64,000 bases of DNA, taken from positions 4,315 to 68,314 of the forward strand of contig JAZRVE010000099.1 of NCBI GenBank assembly GCA_045598975.1, in the 5' to 3' direction. The first letter of the stretch is position 1, and each line of letters opens with the position of its first letter. Position numbers and translations under genes: made by a program. This DNA comes from Eubacteriales bacterium. Its GTDB lineage: Bacteria > Bacillota > Clostridia > Oscillospirales > CAG-382. This document shows positions 55,393 through 64,000 of the stretch, piece by piece. The notes beneath the pieces were generated by a model, which ran no database searches, had not been told where the DNA came from, and saw only the letters and a program-made list of their open reading frames with translations.

Positions 55393-55726
55393 TCCTTTTT
55401 GAGGAAATCTTCCACATATAATCCTACACAGTTATTTCTTATTGTATACCCATTTTTCGCCGAATTCTACAAGAATATTATGAACATTTGCAAACATCCG
55501 TGAATATACGGAAAACGAATTATGACAGACACGTTAATTTCGACCGTTACCCGGAATTCGTGCGGCGTCATGTCGTCAGACGGCGCTATATAATAAGGAA
55601 CAAAAATCAATTCCATTCATATGCGTCTGCGCGGAAAACGGGGAACGGGGCGGAACAGTTAACAATATATTAACAAAAAAGGACGACACTTGTGATAAAA
55701 TGAAGAAAAAGAAAAGAGGTCTGCGT

Positions 55727-56497
55727 ATGACGTGTATCTGGAAGAACCGATATGCTTCCTTAAAGGAGCCGGAACCGCTGTTCACGGTGCTCGTGGCGGC
55801 GGCGGGAAGCGGACAGCGCATGGGCGGTGTATATAAGCCCCTGCTTGCCGTCGGCGGACGTCCGCTGCTTGCCTATTCGCTCGACGCTTTGCAGAAAAAC
55901 GGCTTCGTCAGACAGATCGTCGTCAGTGCGCCGCGCGAAAAGTTCGACGAGATCGAGCAGACGGCACGCGAATGCGGCTGTGATAAGCTCAAAGCGATCG
56001 CCGAGGGCGGTCAGACACGCGCGGAATCGGTCAGAAAAGCGTTTGAAAAAGTCTTTGCCGAGAAAAAGGACATCACGCCGTTCGTAGCGGTGCATGACGC
56101 CGCCCGCCCGCTCATTACGCAGAAAATGCTTGACGACGTGTTTTTTGCCTGTGTGAAGTACGGCGGTGCCGTCGCTTCCACCAAGGTGCGCGACGCCGTC
56201 AAACGGGCGGGACTCGACGGCATGGTGACGGAGGATGTGGACCGCGACGGACTGTATCAGATGCAGACGCCGCAGGCGTTCGACACCGACATTTTCCACA
56301 CGGCGCTTGCCGTGGCGAAGCGCGACGGCAACGATACGGCGGTGGACGACGCGGCGCTCGTCAGAGCGGCGGGCTTCAAGGTCATGTGCGTGGAAACGGG
56401 CTTTGCCAATTTCAAGATCACCTATCCCGAAGACGTGCGGATGGCGGAAGCCCTGCTCGAAGCACGGAAAAACGGATCGTTCGGAACGGAGGCGTGA
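55727..56497 (+). CDS. ispD: 2-C-methyl-D-erythritol 4-phosphate cytidylyltransferase
   Basis: [13 protein letters not shown] motif. Start at the ATG at 55727 behind AAGAGG; the ORF opens at 55700. Confidence 0.88.
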   Translation: MTCIWKNRYASLKEPEPLFTVLVAAAGSGQRMGGVYKPLLAVGGRPLLAYSLDALQKNGFVRQIVVSAPREKFDEIEQTARECGCDKLKAIAEGGQTRAESVRKAFEKVFAEKKDITPFVAVHDAARPLITQKMLDDVFFACVKYGGAVASTKVRDAVKRAGLDGMVTEDVDRDGLYQMQTPQAFDTDIFHTALAVAKRDGNDTAVDDAALVRAAGFKVMCVETGFANFKITYPEDVRMAEALLEARKNGSFGTEA

Positions 56498-56499
56498 AT

Positions 56500-56982
56500 A
56501 TGTATCGCATCGGACACGGTTATGACGTACACAAGCTCGTCGAGGGCAGAAAGCTCATCCTCGGCGGGGTGGATATCCCGTTTGAAAAAGGACTGCTCGG
56601 ACATTCCGACGCCGACGTCGTCACACACGCGCTGATGGACGCTCTGCTCGATGCGGCGGGACTCGAGGACATCGGGCATCAGTTTCCCGACACGGCGGAG
56701 GCATACCGCGGCGCGGACAGTCTGAAACTGCTCGAAAGGGTGGCGCTTCTGATAAAAAACGAGGGCTATGTCCTCGGCAACGCCGATATGACGGTCATCG
56801 CCCAGCGTCCCAAGCTTGCGCCGTACCTGCCGGATATGGAGCGGAATATGGCGCGGGCGATCGGCTGTGAGGATTCCCGGCTCAACGTCAAGGCGACGAC
56901 GGAGGAACACCTCGGTTTCACCGGGCGTATGGAGGGCATCAGCGCCCACGCGGTGGTGCTTCTCGAAAAAATCGAAAAATAA
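56500..56982 (+). CDS. ispF: 2-C-methyl-D-erythritol 2,4-cyclodiphosphate synthase
   Basis: IGHGYDVH ... GHSDADV motifs, 160 aa. Confidence 0.93.
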   Translation: MYRIGHGYDVHKLVEGRKLILGGVDIPFEKGLLGHSDADVVTHALMDALLDAAGLEDIGHQFPDTAEAYRGADSLKLLERVALLIKNEGYVLGNADMTVIAQRPKLAPYLPDMERNMARAIGCEDSRLNVKATTEEHLGFTGRMEGISAHAVVLLEKIEK

Positions 56983-57065
56983 AGAATCAAAGTCCCATAT
57001 TTCGGACACGTGATCGTGTATACTGATACCGCAAAACAAGAAAAAGCAAAGGACGGTGTCAGGTT

Positions 57066-57338
57066 ATGACGACAAAAATCAGCGTGATAACGGCGTTTTC
57101 GGGATTACTCTTTCTGTTGTTTGCGGCGGGAAAAGCGGAGACGGCATCGGTCGCGGACGTGCTCGCGTGGCTTCTTGCGGGCGTTGTGTGTCTGACGGTC
57201 TCCTATTATCTTTCCGTCAACGGCAGACGCGTCGCAAAACGGGCAAAACGTGTGAAAGCGGCGCTTTTCGGCGCCGGAAAGCGGACACGCCGCGTCCGGA
57301 AGACGTCTCTTGCCGAACGGGAAAAAGTGCCCGGATGA
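57066..57338 (+). CDS. small hypothetical membrane protein
   Basis: 90-aa ORF with two hydrophobic segments and a basic tail. Weak RBS. Confidence 0.35.
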   Translation: MTTKISVITAFSGLLFLLFAAGKAETASVADVLAWLLAGVVCLTVSYYLSVNGRRVAKRAKRVKAALFGAGKRTRRVRKTSLAEREKVPG

Positions 57339-57373
57339 TCGGGAAGATTCACGGAAAATCACTCGGAGGAATC

Positions 57374-58051
57374 ATGAAAAAAAGAGAAAACAGCATCGGA
57401 AAAGTGAGTGAGCCGCTTTTGGCGGCGGTCATCGCCTACGCGTCGGCGCTCGTCACACTGCCGGCTCTCGGATGGGTGACGACACTGCCGCTCGTGGCGC
57501 TTCTTTCGCTTCTTGCGGTGTACGTCGTCCGCAACAGACGGCTGTATTATCTGTTGGCGGCGGTGTTCCCGCTTGCCGTGACGTGCCTGTTCGGCGAAAG
57601 CGTGCTCCGCGCGGCGGCGATGGCGGTCTGTTGTGTGCTTGCTTCCCTTGCGGCGGCGCTGTTCAAACGGGCGCTGTATACGGCGAAAAAGACAAAAGGG
57701 AAGGATGCCTCCGTATATAAAAAAAGCCGCATCGCGGCAGTGGCGGCGGTGGTGATGCTGTGCGTGCTGTCGCTTGCGGGATCGGGCTTTCTGCCGGTAT
57801 GGCTGAATAAGGAAAAGGCGGCAAAAACGTACGTGTCCGAAAACTTTTCGCGTCTCGAAACGGGGCATACGGTGTATCAGCCGATGTGGGGACGGTACGT
57901 GACGGAACTGACGAACGCAAACGAGCGTGTCGCGTATATTGCCTGCGGAAGCGGCGAAAACCGGTACCGTGCCAAGACAGCGGACGGAACGGAAAAGTGG
58001 CTTGACGAGGCACAGTTCGAAGAGTGGCTGGTGCTTGAAAACCTGGCGTGA
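57374..58051 (+). CDS. hypothetical polytopic membrane protein with a small C-terminal soluble domain
   Basis: GGAGGA RBS before the ATG at 57374. Four to five hydrophobic helices. The upstream part of the 331-aa ORF is rejected. Confidence 0.55.
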   Translation: MKKRENSIGKVSEPLLAAVIAYASALVTLPALGWVTTLPLVALLSLLAVYVVRNRRLYYLLAAVFPLAVTCLFGESVLRAAAMAVCCVLASLAAALFKRALYTAKKTKGKDASVYKKSRIAAVAAVVMLCVLSLAGSGFLPVWLNKEKAAKTYVSENFSRLETGHTVYQPMWGRYVTELTNANERVAYIACGSGENRYRAKTADGTEKWLDEAQFEEWLVLENLA

Positions 58052-58090
58052 CACGGCACTGCCGCACGGAAAGCTTTTATGAAATTATGA

Positions 58091-58133
58091 AACCCGCCGG
58101 AAAGGGATATCCTCTCCGGCGGGTCGCTTTTTT
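58091..58133. terminator. bidirectional terminator between convergent units
   Basis: Stem ACCCGCCGG/CCGGCGGGT followed by a T-run. Confidence 0.7.
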
Positions 58134-58146
58134 GAAAGCGGTACGG

Positions 58147-58322
58147 TCACTTGTTCGTTGTAATGTATGTGAGGGAGCCCACGTCGAGCCCGCCGCCCGC
58201 AACCAGCGCAAACTCTTCTTCGGTCAGTCCCGGAGCTTCCTGCCCACGGCTTCGACTTCCTCTTTGAGGGCGTTGAGTTCTTCTTTGGTTTTCGTAGGGC
58301 TTTTCCTTTCATTGTTAATCAT
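58147..58322 (-). pseudogene. second double-glycine-leader peptide gene, disrupted by a 1-nt deletion relative to its paralog
   Basis: ATG at 58322 overlaps the TAA of the upstream peptide gene (TAATG). Frame a reads MINNERKSPTKTKEELNALKEEVEAVGRKLRD then stops. Shifting one base gives LTEEEFALVAGG-GLDVGSLTYITTNK. Confidence 0.55.
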
Positions 58323-58501
58323 TATTTTGATGAAATATCCGATATCCGTCTCTTCCTGTTGTCATCAATGATGTAATTACTTAAATCGGTAAATACTCCA
58401 CCGCTTACCTGCGCCAGCTCTTCTTCCGTCAGTTCCCGAAGCTTCTTACACACGGCTTCGACTTCCGCTTTGAGAGCGAGCAGTTCTTCTTTGGTTTTCA
58501 C
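58322..58501 (-). CDS. small peptide precursor with a double-glycine (GG) type leader
   Basis: GTG at 58501 lies 7 nt after GGAGA; the ORF also opens at the ATG at 58537. Sequence: (M)KTKEELLALKAEVEAVCKKLRELTEEELAQVSGG | VFTDLSNYIIDDNRKRRISDISSK. Confidence 0.55.
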   Translation of the reverse strand: MKTKEELLALKAEVEAVCKKLRELTEEELAQVSGGVFTDLSNYIIDDNRKRRISDISSK

Positions 58502-58798
58502 AGTCAAATCTCCATTTTCGCTGTTTTCGCTGATCATTTCTTAATGTCTTAATGCGCGGAAAACACGAATTTGTTACACTCTTTTTCCCTGCATTCCTTT
58601 ATACGAAGCATTCCGAAAAAAGGCTGCTGTTTTTTTGATTATTTTTCGTATTTTCGGAAAACCATAGCCAAAAGGCATAAAACCGTACTTATTTCGGCAT
58701 CGAAAAAAGAAAAACGCCGTATACTTTGTATTTCAGACGATGATATACGATATACAGCGTTATTTTTCTTGTAATACAGTTCTCCGCAGACGGTCGGA

Positions 58799-59581
58799 TC
58801 AGGCGTCTAAGATCGACTTCATCGCGACCGTGACCTTGCAGTCGTTCTGGGAAATGCCCGCCTTGTCGAGCGCCGAAACGCTCTCGTTGTAGGCGAGCAG
58901 CGGGGTGTTGTTGTGCTCGGATAAATGAGCGAGAATGACTTTTTTCGTGCCGCTTTGGTACAGATGGGGCAGGAAAGACGCGCAGGCGGCATTGGAAAGA
59001 TGCCCCTTTTCGGAAAGGATGCGCTGTTTGAGATGGTACGGATACGGTCCGTCCATGAGCATCTGCACGTCGTGATTGCTTTCGAGGATGACGGTTTCGC
59101 ACCCGAATAAGGCGGCGGCGATGCCCTTGGTCACGTACCCGATGTCGGTCGCGTAGCCGAGAGAGGAGCCGTCCGGAAAGGAAAACCGGTAGCCGACACT
59201 GCCGAAGGCATCGTGCGGTGTGCGGAAAATGTCGGCACGGATCGAGCCGACGTCGATGCTTTCGCCCGCCTCCTTGAAGACCGCAACGCGTGAAAGAGCG
59301 TCGGTCGGCTGGGAAGCCGCCATGGCGTTGTACGAGCTTTCGTTGATGTAGACGGGAAAGCCGTAATGCTTTGCGAGCATTTCGAGCCCCTTGACGTGGT
59401 CGGCGTGCTCGTGCGTGACAAGGCAGGCGGCAACGTGGGAAAGGCTCGTACCGATGGCGGCGAGCGCCTCTCCGAGACGCTTGGCGGATACGCCCGCGTC
59501 AACGAGCAGTTCGGTGTCGTCGCACCGTATGTAGCAGGCGTTCCCCGAGGAGCCGGAAAACAGCGGAATGACTTTGATCAT
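58799..59581 (-). CDS. MBL-fold metallo-hydrolase (YycJ-like)
   Basis: THEHADH motif and N-terminus SGSSGNACYI, typical of YycJ/WalJ-like proteins. Confidence 0.8.
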   Translation of the reverse strand: MIKVIPLFSGSSGNACYIRCDDTELLVDAGVSAKRLGEALAAIGTSLSHVAACLVTHEHADHVKGLEMLAKHYGFPVYINESSYNAMAASQPTDALSRVAVFKEAGESIDVGSIRADIFRTPHDAFGSVGYRFSFPDGSSLGYATDIGYVTKGIAAALFGCETVILESNHDVQMLMDGPYPYHLKQRILSEKGHLSNAACASFLPHLYQSGTKKVILAHLSEHNNTPLLAYNESVSALDKAGISQNDCKVTVAMKSILDA

Positions 59582-59612
59582 GGCAAATCCTTATCCGAAA
59601 AATCCGAAAAAA

Positions 59613-60014
59613 TCAGTGGCGGAACAGAGAAGCGACGGCTTCGGCAAGCCCGAGGTCTTTGAGTATGAAAAGATAGACGGCGTCGCCGAACAGCGTGAGC
59701 AGCAGGGGAATGAGAAACAACAGCAGTATCTTGATGCGGCGTGCGCCTGCGGCATCCTCGTCCGGACGAGCGTCGTGCCGGAATTTGAAAACGAGAAAAA
59801 GGCAGAACAGGACGGCGGCACCGATCCAGTAGACGTGGAACAGCCATTCAATGCGAAGCCGGACGCCCGCGATGTACAGCCCTGCGATCCACAGCGTGTT
59901 GAGCGCGAGAAACAGTCCGAGCTTTGCGGCACCGAACGTTTTCTTTCCAGAGGCGGCGGGGGCGTTTGGTTCTTGCGGCGCACGTTTGGCTTTTGCCGTG
60001 TAGCGCTTGCTCAT
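59613..60014 (-). CDS. hypothetical membrane protein
   Basis: 133 aa with a basic N-terminus and three hydrophobic helices. ATGA overlap with the galactokinase stop. Confidence 0.5.
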   Translation of the reverse strand: MSKRYTAKAKRAPQEPNAPAASGKKTFGAAKLGLFLALNTLWIAGLYIAGVRLRIEWLFHVYWIGAAVLFCLFLVFKFRHDARPDEDAAGARRIKILLLFLIPLLLTLFGDAVYLFILKDLGLAEAVASLFRH

Positions 60015-61324
60015 GAAAGCAGGTCGTCAAGCCGGACGGCACCGAAGGGACGCACCGCCAGTACGTATACACTGCCTTTGCCGAAGACCTTTTCCAGCGC
60101 CTCGCAGTAGGAGGGAACGAGAGCGTGCGGTACGAATGCCTGAATGGTGCCGGCAAAGCCGCCGCCGTGGACGCGGTATGCCGCGTGCGGTACGTTGTCG
60201 AGCAATTCGCTCGTCAGCGCAAGCGCGACGGAAAGTCCCTGCTCGGTAACGTTTTTGACGGTGTAGACGTTTTGCAGATAGCACCACGAGGAACGTCCGG
60301 ATGCTTTGACGCCGTCAAGAAAGGCGTCGACGTCGTTTCTTTCCAACGCAAGGCGCTGGTTTTCCACCCGTTCGTTTTCGTTGAAGTAGTGCAGGGAACG
60401 TAAGAAGCAGCGGTCGCCGAGGTTTTGGCGAATCTCCGCGGCGTGTTCAAGCAGACATTCCTTGGTCGTTTCCACAAGCACGGAAACCCCGAGGTAAGCG
60501 GCGGTCTTTTTCATGTCGGCGGGCACGGAGGCGTAGTCTTCGTTTAGGTCGGCGTGGTTGCCGCCGGTGTTGACGATGCAGAGGGAAAGTCCCGCTCCGG
60601 CAAGATCGAACGGCAGACGTTCCACGACGGGATCGGCGGGATCGGCAAAGTCGATGGCGACAAAGCCGCCGACGGCGCACGCCATCTGATCCATCAGCCC
60701 GCAGGGCTTGCCGAAGTGGACGTTTTCCGCGTACTGGGCGAGTTTGGCGAGCTCAATGGCGTTGACGGTGCCGCCGTTGAAGAAGTGATTGAGCAGATTG
60801 CCCACCATCACCTCGAACGCGGCGGAGGAGGAAAGCCCGGAGCCTTTGAGCACGTTGGAGGTCGTGTAGGCGTAAAAGCCGCCGACAGCGTGTCCGTTTT
60901 TGACAAATCCGTCGCACATGCCGCGGATGATGGCGGAAGCCTTGTAGGTCTCCTCCTTGCGGACGGTCGAGACGTCGGCAAGACTCACGACGTCCTCCGG
61001 GAAGCCCTCCGAGAGGATGCGGATCTCGTCCGTGCCGGAAACGGCGGCGACGGCGATGACGTCGAGACTGACGGAAGCGGCAAGCACCTTGCCGTGATTG
61101 TGGTCGGTGTGGTTGCCGGATATCTCGCTTCGGCCGGGGACGGAAAACAGCCGTATGTCAGCCGTGTCGGGAAGGCGTCCTCCGTAAACCTTTTCAAAAC
61201 CGTCAAGCGCCGAAAGATAGCGGGCGCGAACGACGGCAAGATCGGCGTGCGATCCGTAAAGCGCCGTGAAGACGCGGTCGTAGACGCCGCCGGAAAGAGA
61301 GACGCGAAGAGTGTTGATGGACAT
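60011..61324 (-). CDS. galK: galactokinase (GHMP kinase family)
   Basis: GRSEISGNHTDHNHGKVLAA galactokinase signature and GHMP motif GSGLSSSAA. Confidence 0.8.
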   Translation of the reverse strand: MSINTLRVSLSGGVYDRVFTALYGSHADLAVVRARYLSALDGFEKVYGGRLPDTADIRLFSVPGRSEISGNHTDHNHGKVLAASVSLDVIAVAAVSGTDEIRILSEGFPEDVVSLADVSTVRKEETYKASAIIRGMCDGFVKNGHAVGGFYAYTTSNVLKGSGLSSSAAFEVMVGNLLNHFFNGGTVNAIELAKLAQYAENVHFGKPCGLMDQMACAVGGFVAIDFADPADPVVERLPFDLAGAGLSLCIVNTGGNHADLNEDYASVPADMKKTAAYLGVSVLVETTKECLLEHAAEIRQNLGDRCFLRSLHYFNENERVENQRLALERNDVDAFLDGVKASGRSSWCYLQNVYTVKNVTEQGLSVALALTSELLDNVPHAAYRVHGGGFAGTIQAFVPHALVPSYCEALEKVFGKGSVYVLAVRPFGAVRLDDLLS

Positions 61325-61351
61325 GATGTCGGTACTCCTTGTTCTGTATTA

Positions 61352-62770
61352 TTATTTGGCAGAGCGGGCAAAGAAAGCGTGAAAAGCTTTGTATGCCATA
61401 TAAACGTCGGTCTTGGAGACCACCTCGACGGGTGCGTGCATGGAAAGAACGGGAACGCCGACGTCGATGACGTCGATGTTGTATTTGGCAAGGTACTTGG
61501 CGACCGTACCGCCGCCGCCCGCGTCGACCTTTCCGAGTTCCGCCGTCTGCCAGAGGACGTTTTCCTTGTCAAAGACGGAACGCACGAGGGAAACGAATTC
61601 GGCGTGTGCGTCGTTGGTGGAGGATTTGCCGCCGGCGCCGGTGAACTTGGTCACGGCAACGCCCTTGTTGAGGAAGGCGGCGTTGCGTGTCTCGTACACG
61701 TCGGCAAAATTGGGATCGAAGCCGGCGTTGACGTCCGCCGACAGGCATTTTGCGTTCGCGAACATCTGCCGCGGGTTTTCCTCGCGGTTGACGGCAAGCT
61801 CGGTGAGCATATCGGTAAAGGCAAAGGACTGCATGCCGGTGTTGCCGTCGCTGCCGGTCTCTTCCTTGTCGGCGAGGATGGTGACGGCGGTATAGGTCGG
61901 CGCTTTGCCCGCAAAATCCCAGATGGCGGAAAGGATGGGGTAGGCGCAGACGCGGTCGTCGTGCCCGTAGGCGGCGATGAGACTGCGGTCGAAGCCGACG
62001 TCGCGTGCCTTTGCGCTCGGAACGAGACACAGCTCGGAGGAGAGGAAGTCCGCCTCGGTGATGCCGTATTTCTGATTGAGAAGCACTAAAATATTGAGCT
62101 TGATGCGGTCTTTCGTATCCTTGTCGGCGTACGGCAGACTGCCGCAGAGGACGTTGAGATTTTCGCCGGTGAAGGCGGTGCCGAGCGGCTTTGCCGCCTG
62201 TTCCTTGCCGAGATGCGGCAGAAGGTCGGTGATATAGAAAACGGGATCGGCGTCGTCCTCGCCGACGGAAACGTCGATGACGGTGCCGTCCTTCTTGGCG
62301 ATGACGCCGTGCAGAGCGAGCGGAACGGTCGGCCATTGATATTTCTTGATGCCGCCGTAGTAGTGCGTTTTGAAGAACGCCATGCCGCCGTCCTCGTATA
62401 ACGGATTCTGTTTGAGGTCGATGCGGGGGCTGTCCACGTGTGCGGCGGCGATGCTCATGCCCTCCGCGAGCGGCTTTTTGCCCATCACGACGACGTATAG
62501 GGACTTGCCGCGGTTGTTGTAATAGAATTTGTCGCCCGTCTGATAGCGCTTGCCGTAGGCAAACGGCTCAAAGCCGCGCTTTTCCAGCTCTTTTACCGCA
62601 AGCGAGACGGTCTCGCGCTCGGTTTTGGCGTGATCGAGGAATTTCATATAGCCGTCGGTATAGGAGAAGACCTTTTTTATCTCCTTGCCGTCGCAAAAGT
62701 CATAGGCGTTCTCGCGTTTCAGAAACAGGGTTTCTTTGAGTTCTTCGGCGGGTGATTTCTTTTTCGGCAT
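61352..62770 (-). CDS. M18-family aminopeptidase
   Basis: 472 aa, collinear with clostridial 'aminopeptidase 1' (AAHVDSPR, DKEETGS, SMHAP). Confidence 0.7.
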   Translation of the reverse strand: MPKKKSPAEELKETLFLKRENAYDFCDGKEIKKVFSYTDGYMKFLDHAKTERETVSLAVKELEKRGFEPFAYGKRYQTGDKFYYNNRGKSLYVVVMGKKPLAEGMSIAAAHVDSPRIDLKQNPLYEDGGMAFFKTHYYGGIKKYQWPTVPLALHGVIAKKDGTVIDVSVGEDDADPVFYITDLLPHLGKEQAAKPLGTAFTGENLNVLCGSLPYADKDTKDRIKLNILVLLNQKYGITEADFLSSELCLVPSAKARDVGFDRSLIAAYGHDDRVCAYPILSAIWDFAGKAPTYTAVTILADKEETGSDGNTGMQSFAFTDMLTELAVNREENPRQMFANAKCLSADVNAGFDPNFADVYETRNAAFLNKGVAVTKFTGAGGKSSTNDAHAEFVSLVRSVFDKENVLWQTAELGKVDAGGGGTVAKYLAKYNIDVIDVGVPVLSMHAPVEVVSKTDVYMAYKAFHAFFARSAK

Positions 62771-62829
62771 GGCAGATTTCCTTTCGTATATAGAAAATAA
62801 CGGTCACATTTTCAGTATGGCATAAAAAC

Positions 62830-63402
62830 TCACGGCGTATCCGCCCGCTCTTCGAAATAGAGCTTGCGGTAGACGGCGGCGGCGGAAGCGACCTTTTTGA
62901 CGTAGGCACGCGTTTCGGCGTACGGGATGGAAACAAGGCTCCCGTCGCGGCTGTAAGACGGATCGGAAAGCCATTCGTTCACTTTTGTGCGCCCGGCGTT
63001 GTAGGCGGCGTAGACGGTGTCCCAGTTGCCGTATTCCGAGTACAGCAGACTGAGGAAGGCGGCGCCGAAGGCAATGTTGGTCTCGGGCTTGAACAATAAT
63101 TCGGCGTCGGTCTCGGGCCGGTCGCTCTTGCGGCAGAGCCATTCAAAGGTGTCGGGCGTGATCTGCATGAGCCCGATGGCGCCCTTGTCGGATACCGCGT
63201 CGCTCTTGAAGGAGCTTTCGGTGTACATGACGGCATAGAGGATCTCCTCGGGAACGGCGTATTGCTCGGCATATTTTTCCACGGTCTCCGTATAGGGAAG
63301 AGGATGCGTCTTTTTTAAGATCAGCCCTTCGAGAAACACCCACAGAGTGGCGATGGCGGCGGCGAGCAGAAGAATGCCGACGATGACGAACGATTTACGC
63401 AT
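62830..63402 (-). CDS. lytic transglycosylase (SLT domain), membrane anchored
   Basis: YTESSF ... GAIGLMQI ... YNAG motifs. Start at the ATG at 63402 behind AAGGAG, followed by a TM helix. Confidence 0.85.
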   Translation of the reverse strand: MRKSFVIVGILLLAAAIATLWVFLEGLILKKTHPLPYTETVEKYAEQYAVPEEILYAVMYTESSFKSDAVSDKGAIGLMQITPDTFEWLCRKSDRPETDAELLFKPETNIAFGAAFLSLLYSEYGNWDTVYAAYNAGRTKVNEWLSDPSYSRDGSLVSIPYAETRAYVKKVASAAAVYRKLYFEERADTP

Positions 63403-64000
63403 ACGGGGCTCCTTTCCGGGAATCGGTGAGAAGAAAACGGATAAAACGGCGGCAGACGTCCTTGAACCCGTCAAGAGAGGCGTCGTTGTACAGGACGCAG
63501 TCGCAGTGCCCGATGAAATAGGGCGCGTCGTGCGCGACCGCCATGCGGCGTTCGGCGTCGGCACGGGAAATGCCGTCGCGTGCCATGATGCGCTCGAGCC
63601 TTACGGCGGGGGAGGCGAGAACGGCGAGCGTCACGTCGACTTCCCTGTCGAAGCCGCTCTCGAAAAGCACCGGTGCGTCGACGACGGCAAGCGGCACGCC
63701 GTCCGCTTTCGCCCCGGCGAGTACCTTTCGTATCTCCGCCGTGATGTACGGGTGCGTCAGCGCGTTGAGCGCCGAAATTTTTTCGGGATCGGCGAAGACG
63801 GTTCTCCCGAGGGTGGCTCTGTCAAGCGAGCCGTCGGGAAGCAGGACGGTCTTTCCGAAACGGGAAACGATCCCGTCAAGGCAGGCGGAACCGGGAAGCA
63901 CGACCTTCCGCGCCGTGCGGTCTGTGTCGATGTGGCACGCACCGAACTCTTCCGACGCGACAAGCCCGAAAATACTCTTTCCCGCACCGGTCGCACCGGT
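63395..64000 (-). CDS. coaE: dephospho-CoA kinase (5' end outside window)
   Basis: Frame is open to base 64000. P-loop TGATGAGKS lies at the window edge; HPYI and DAPVLFE motifs. Confidence 0.85.
   Translation of the reverse strand, partial: TGATGAGKSIFGLVASEEFGACHIDTDRTARKVVLPGSACLDGIVSRFGKTVLLPDGSLDRATLGRTVFADPEKISALNALTHPYITAEIRKVLAGAKADGVPLAVVDAPVLFESGFDREVDVTLAVLASPAVRLERIMARDGISRADAERRMAVAHDAPYFIGHCDCVLYNDASLDGFKDVCRRFIRFLLTDSRKGAPYA

Noticed and set aside
58085-58312. 75-aa basic ORF (MKGKALRKPKKNS...) on the minus strand
   Set aside because: It is a third reading frame across DNA that is nucleotide-homologous to the neighbouring GG-leader peptide gene. The paralog alignment shows the biologically meaningful frames are the other two.
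60554-62089. 511-aa plus-strand ORF spanning the galK/aminopeptidase antisense strand
   Set aside because: It crosses an intergenic gap of two well-supported minus-strand genes. Gly/Val/Asp-rich shadow frame.
1-64000. Search for CRISPR arrays, tRNA/rRNA genes, IS elements or integrases
   Set aside because: No regularly spaced direct repeats, no cloverleaf-like segments in intergenic gaps, and no transposase or recombinase-like ORFs were seen. The larger gaps are accounted for by promoters, leaders and terminators.

Overview
This is a 64-kb chromosomal window from a GC-rich Gram-positive anaerobe. Gene content and the SLH protein suggest Clostridia, Oscillospiraceae/Ruminococcaceae-like, but that is inference only. 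I can support about 64 protein genes and see no rRNA, tRNA, CRISPR array, transposase or integrase.

Layout:
- 1-8.7 kb: cytoplasmic glycan-processing genes (PIG-L deacetylase fragment, BNR/sialidase-like, GH51 arabinofuranosidase, DUF4091/GH123-like) interrupted by a barnase-barstar pair. A PHP phosphatase and a nucleoside 2-deoxyribosyltransferase follow.
- 8.7-10.7 kb: visibly AT-rich type II restriction-modification island (C5 cytosine methyltransferase plus a PD-ExK endonuclease).
- 10.8-13.8 kb: tandem duplicated M55 peptidases, a YhcH-family protein and an Sfp-type PPTase.
- 13.9-16.2 kb: HAMP-PP2C-HATPase fusion protein plus a STAS antagonist, forming an orphan partner-switching pair.
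- 16.3-25.4 kb: core genes (S1 protein, OppA-like SBP, rsmA, rpsO, pnp, rluB-like, azlCD).
- 25.4-30.6 kb: accessory-looking stretch. It holds an AT-rich lipoprotein behind a long structured leader, a hairpin-rich spacer, an aldose epimerase, and an XRE regulator with a palindromic operator divergent from a membrane protein and a zinc-ribbon/DUF6273 protein.
- 30.7-56.9 kb: mostly conserved housekeeping genes on the minus strand (htrA, SLH protein, rlmA, mnmA, rpsU, leuS, rsfS, LCP, yqeK, nadD, yhbY, rdgB, ftsY, smc, rSAM, rnc, plsX, topA, dprA, trmH-like), then ispD/ispF on the plus strand.
- 57-64 kb: membrane proteins, MBL hydrolase, galactokinase, M18 aminopeptidase, lytic transglycosylase and a partial coaE.

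The items most worth a second look:
1. A tandem pair of small double-glycine-leader peptide genes at 58.1-58.5 kb. One is intact and one is frameshifted, and no processing or transport gene is in the window.
2. The structured leader with a terminator in front of the AT-rich lipoprotein gene.
3. The R-M island, whose promoter is flanked by an inverted repeat with no C-protein gene.
4. The lipoprotein-type barnase.

All family calls come from motif recognition by eye. No database search was run.
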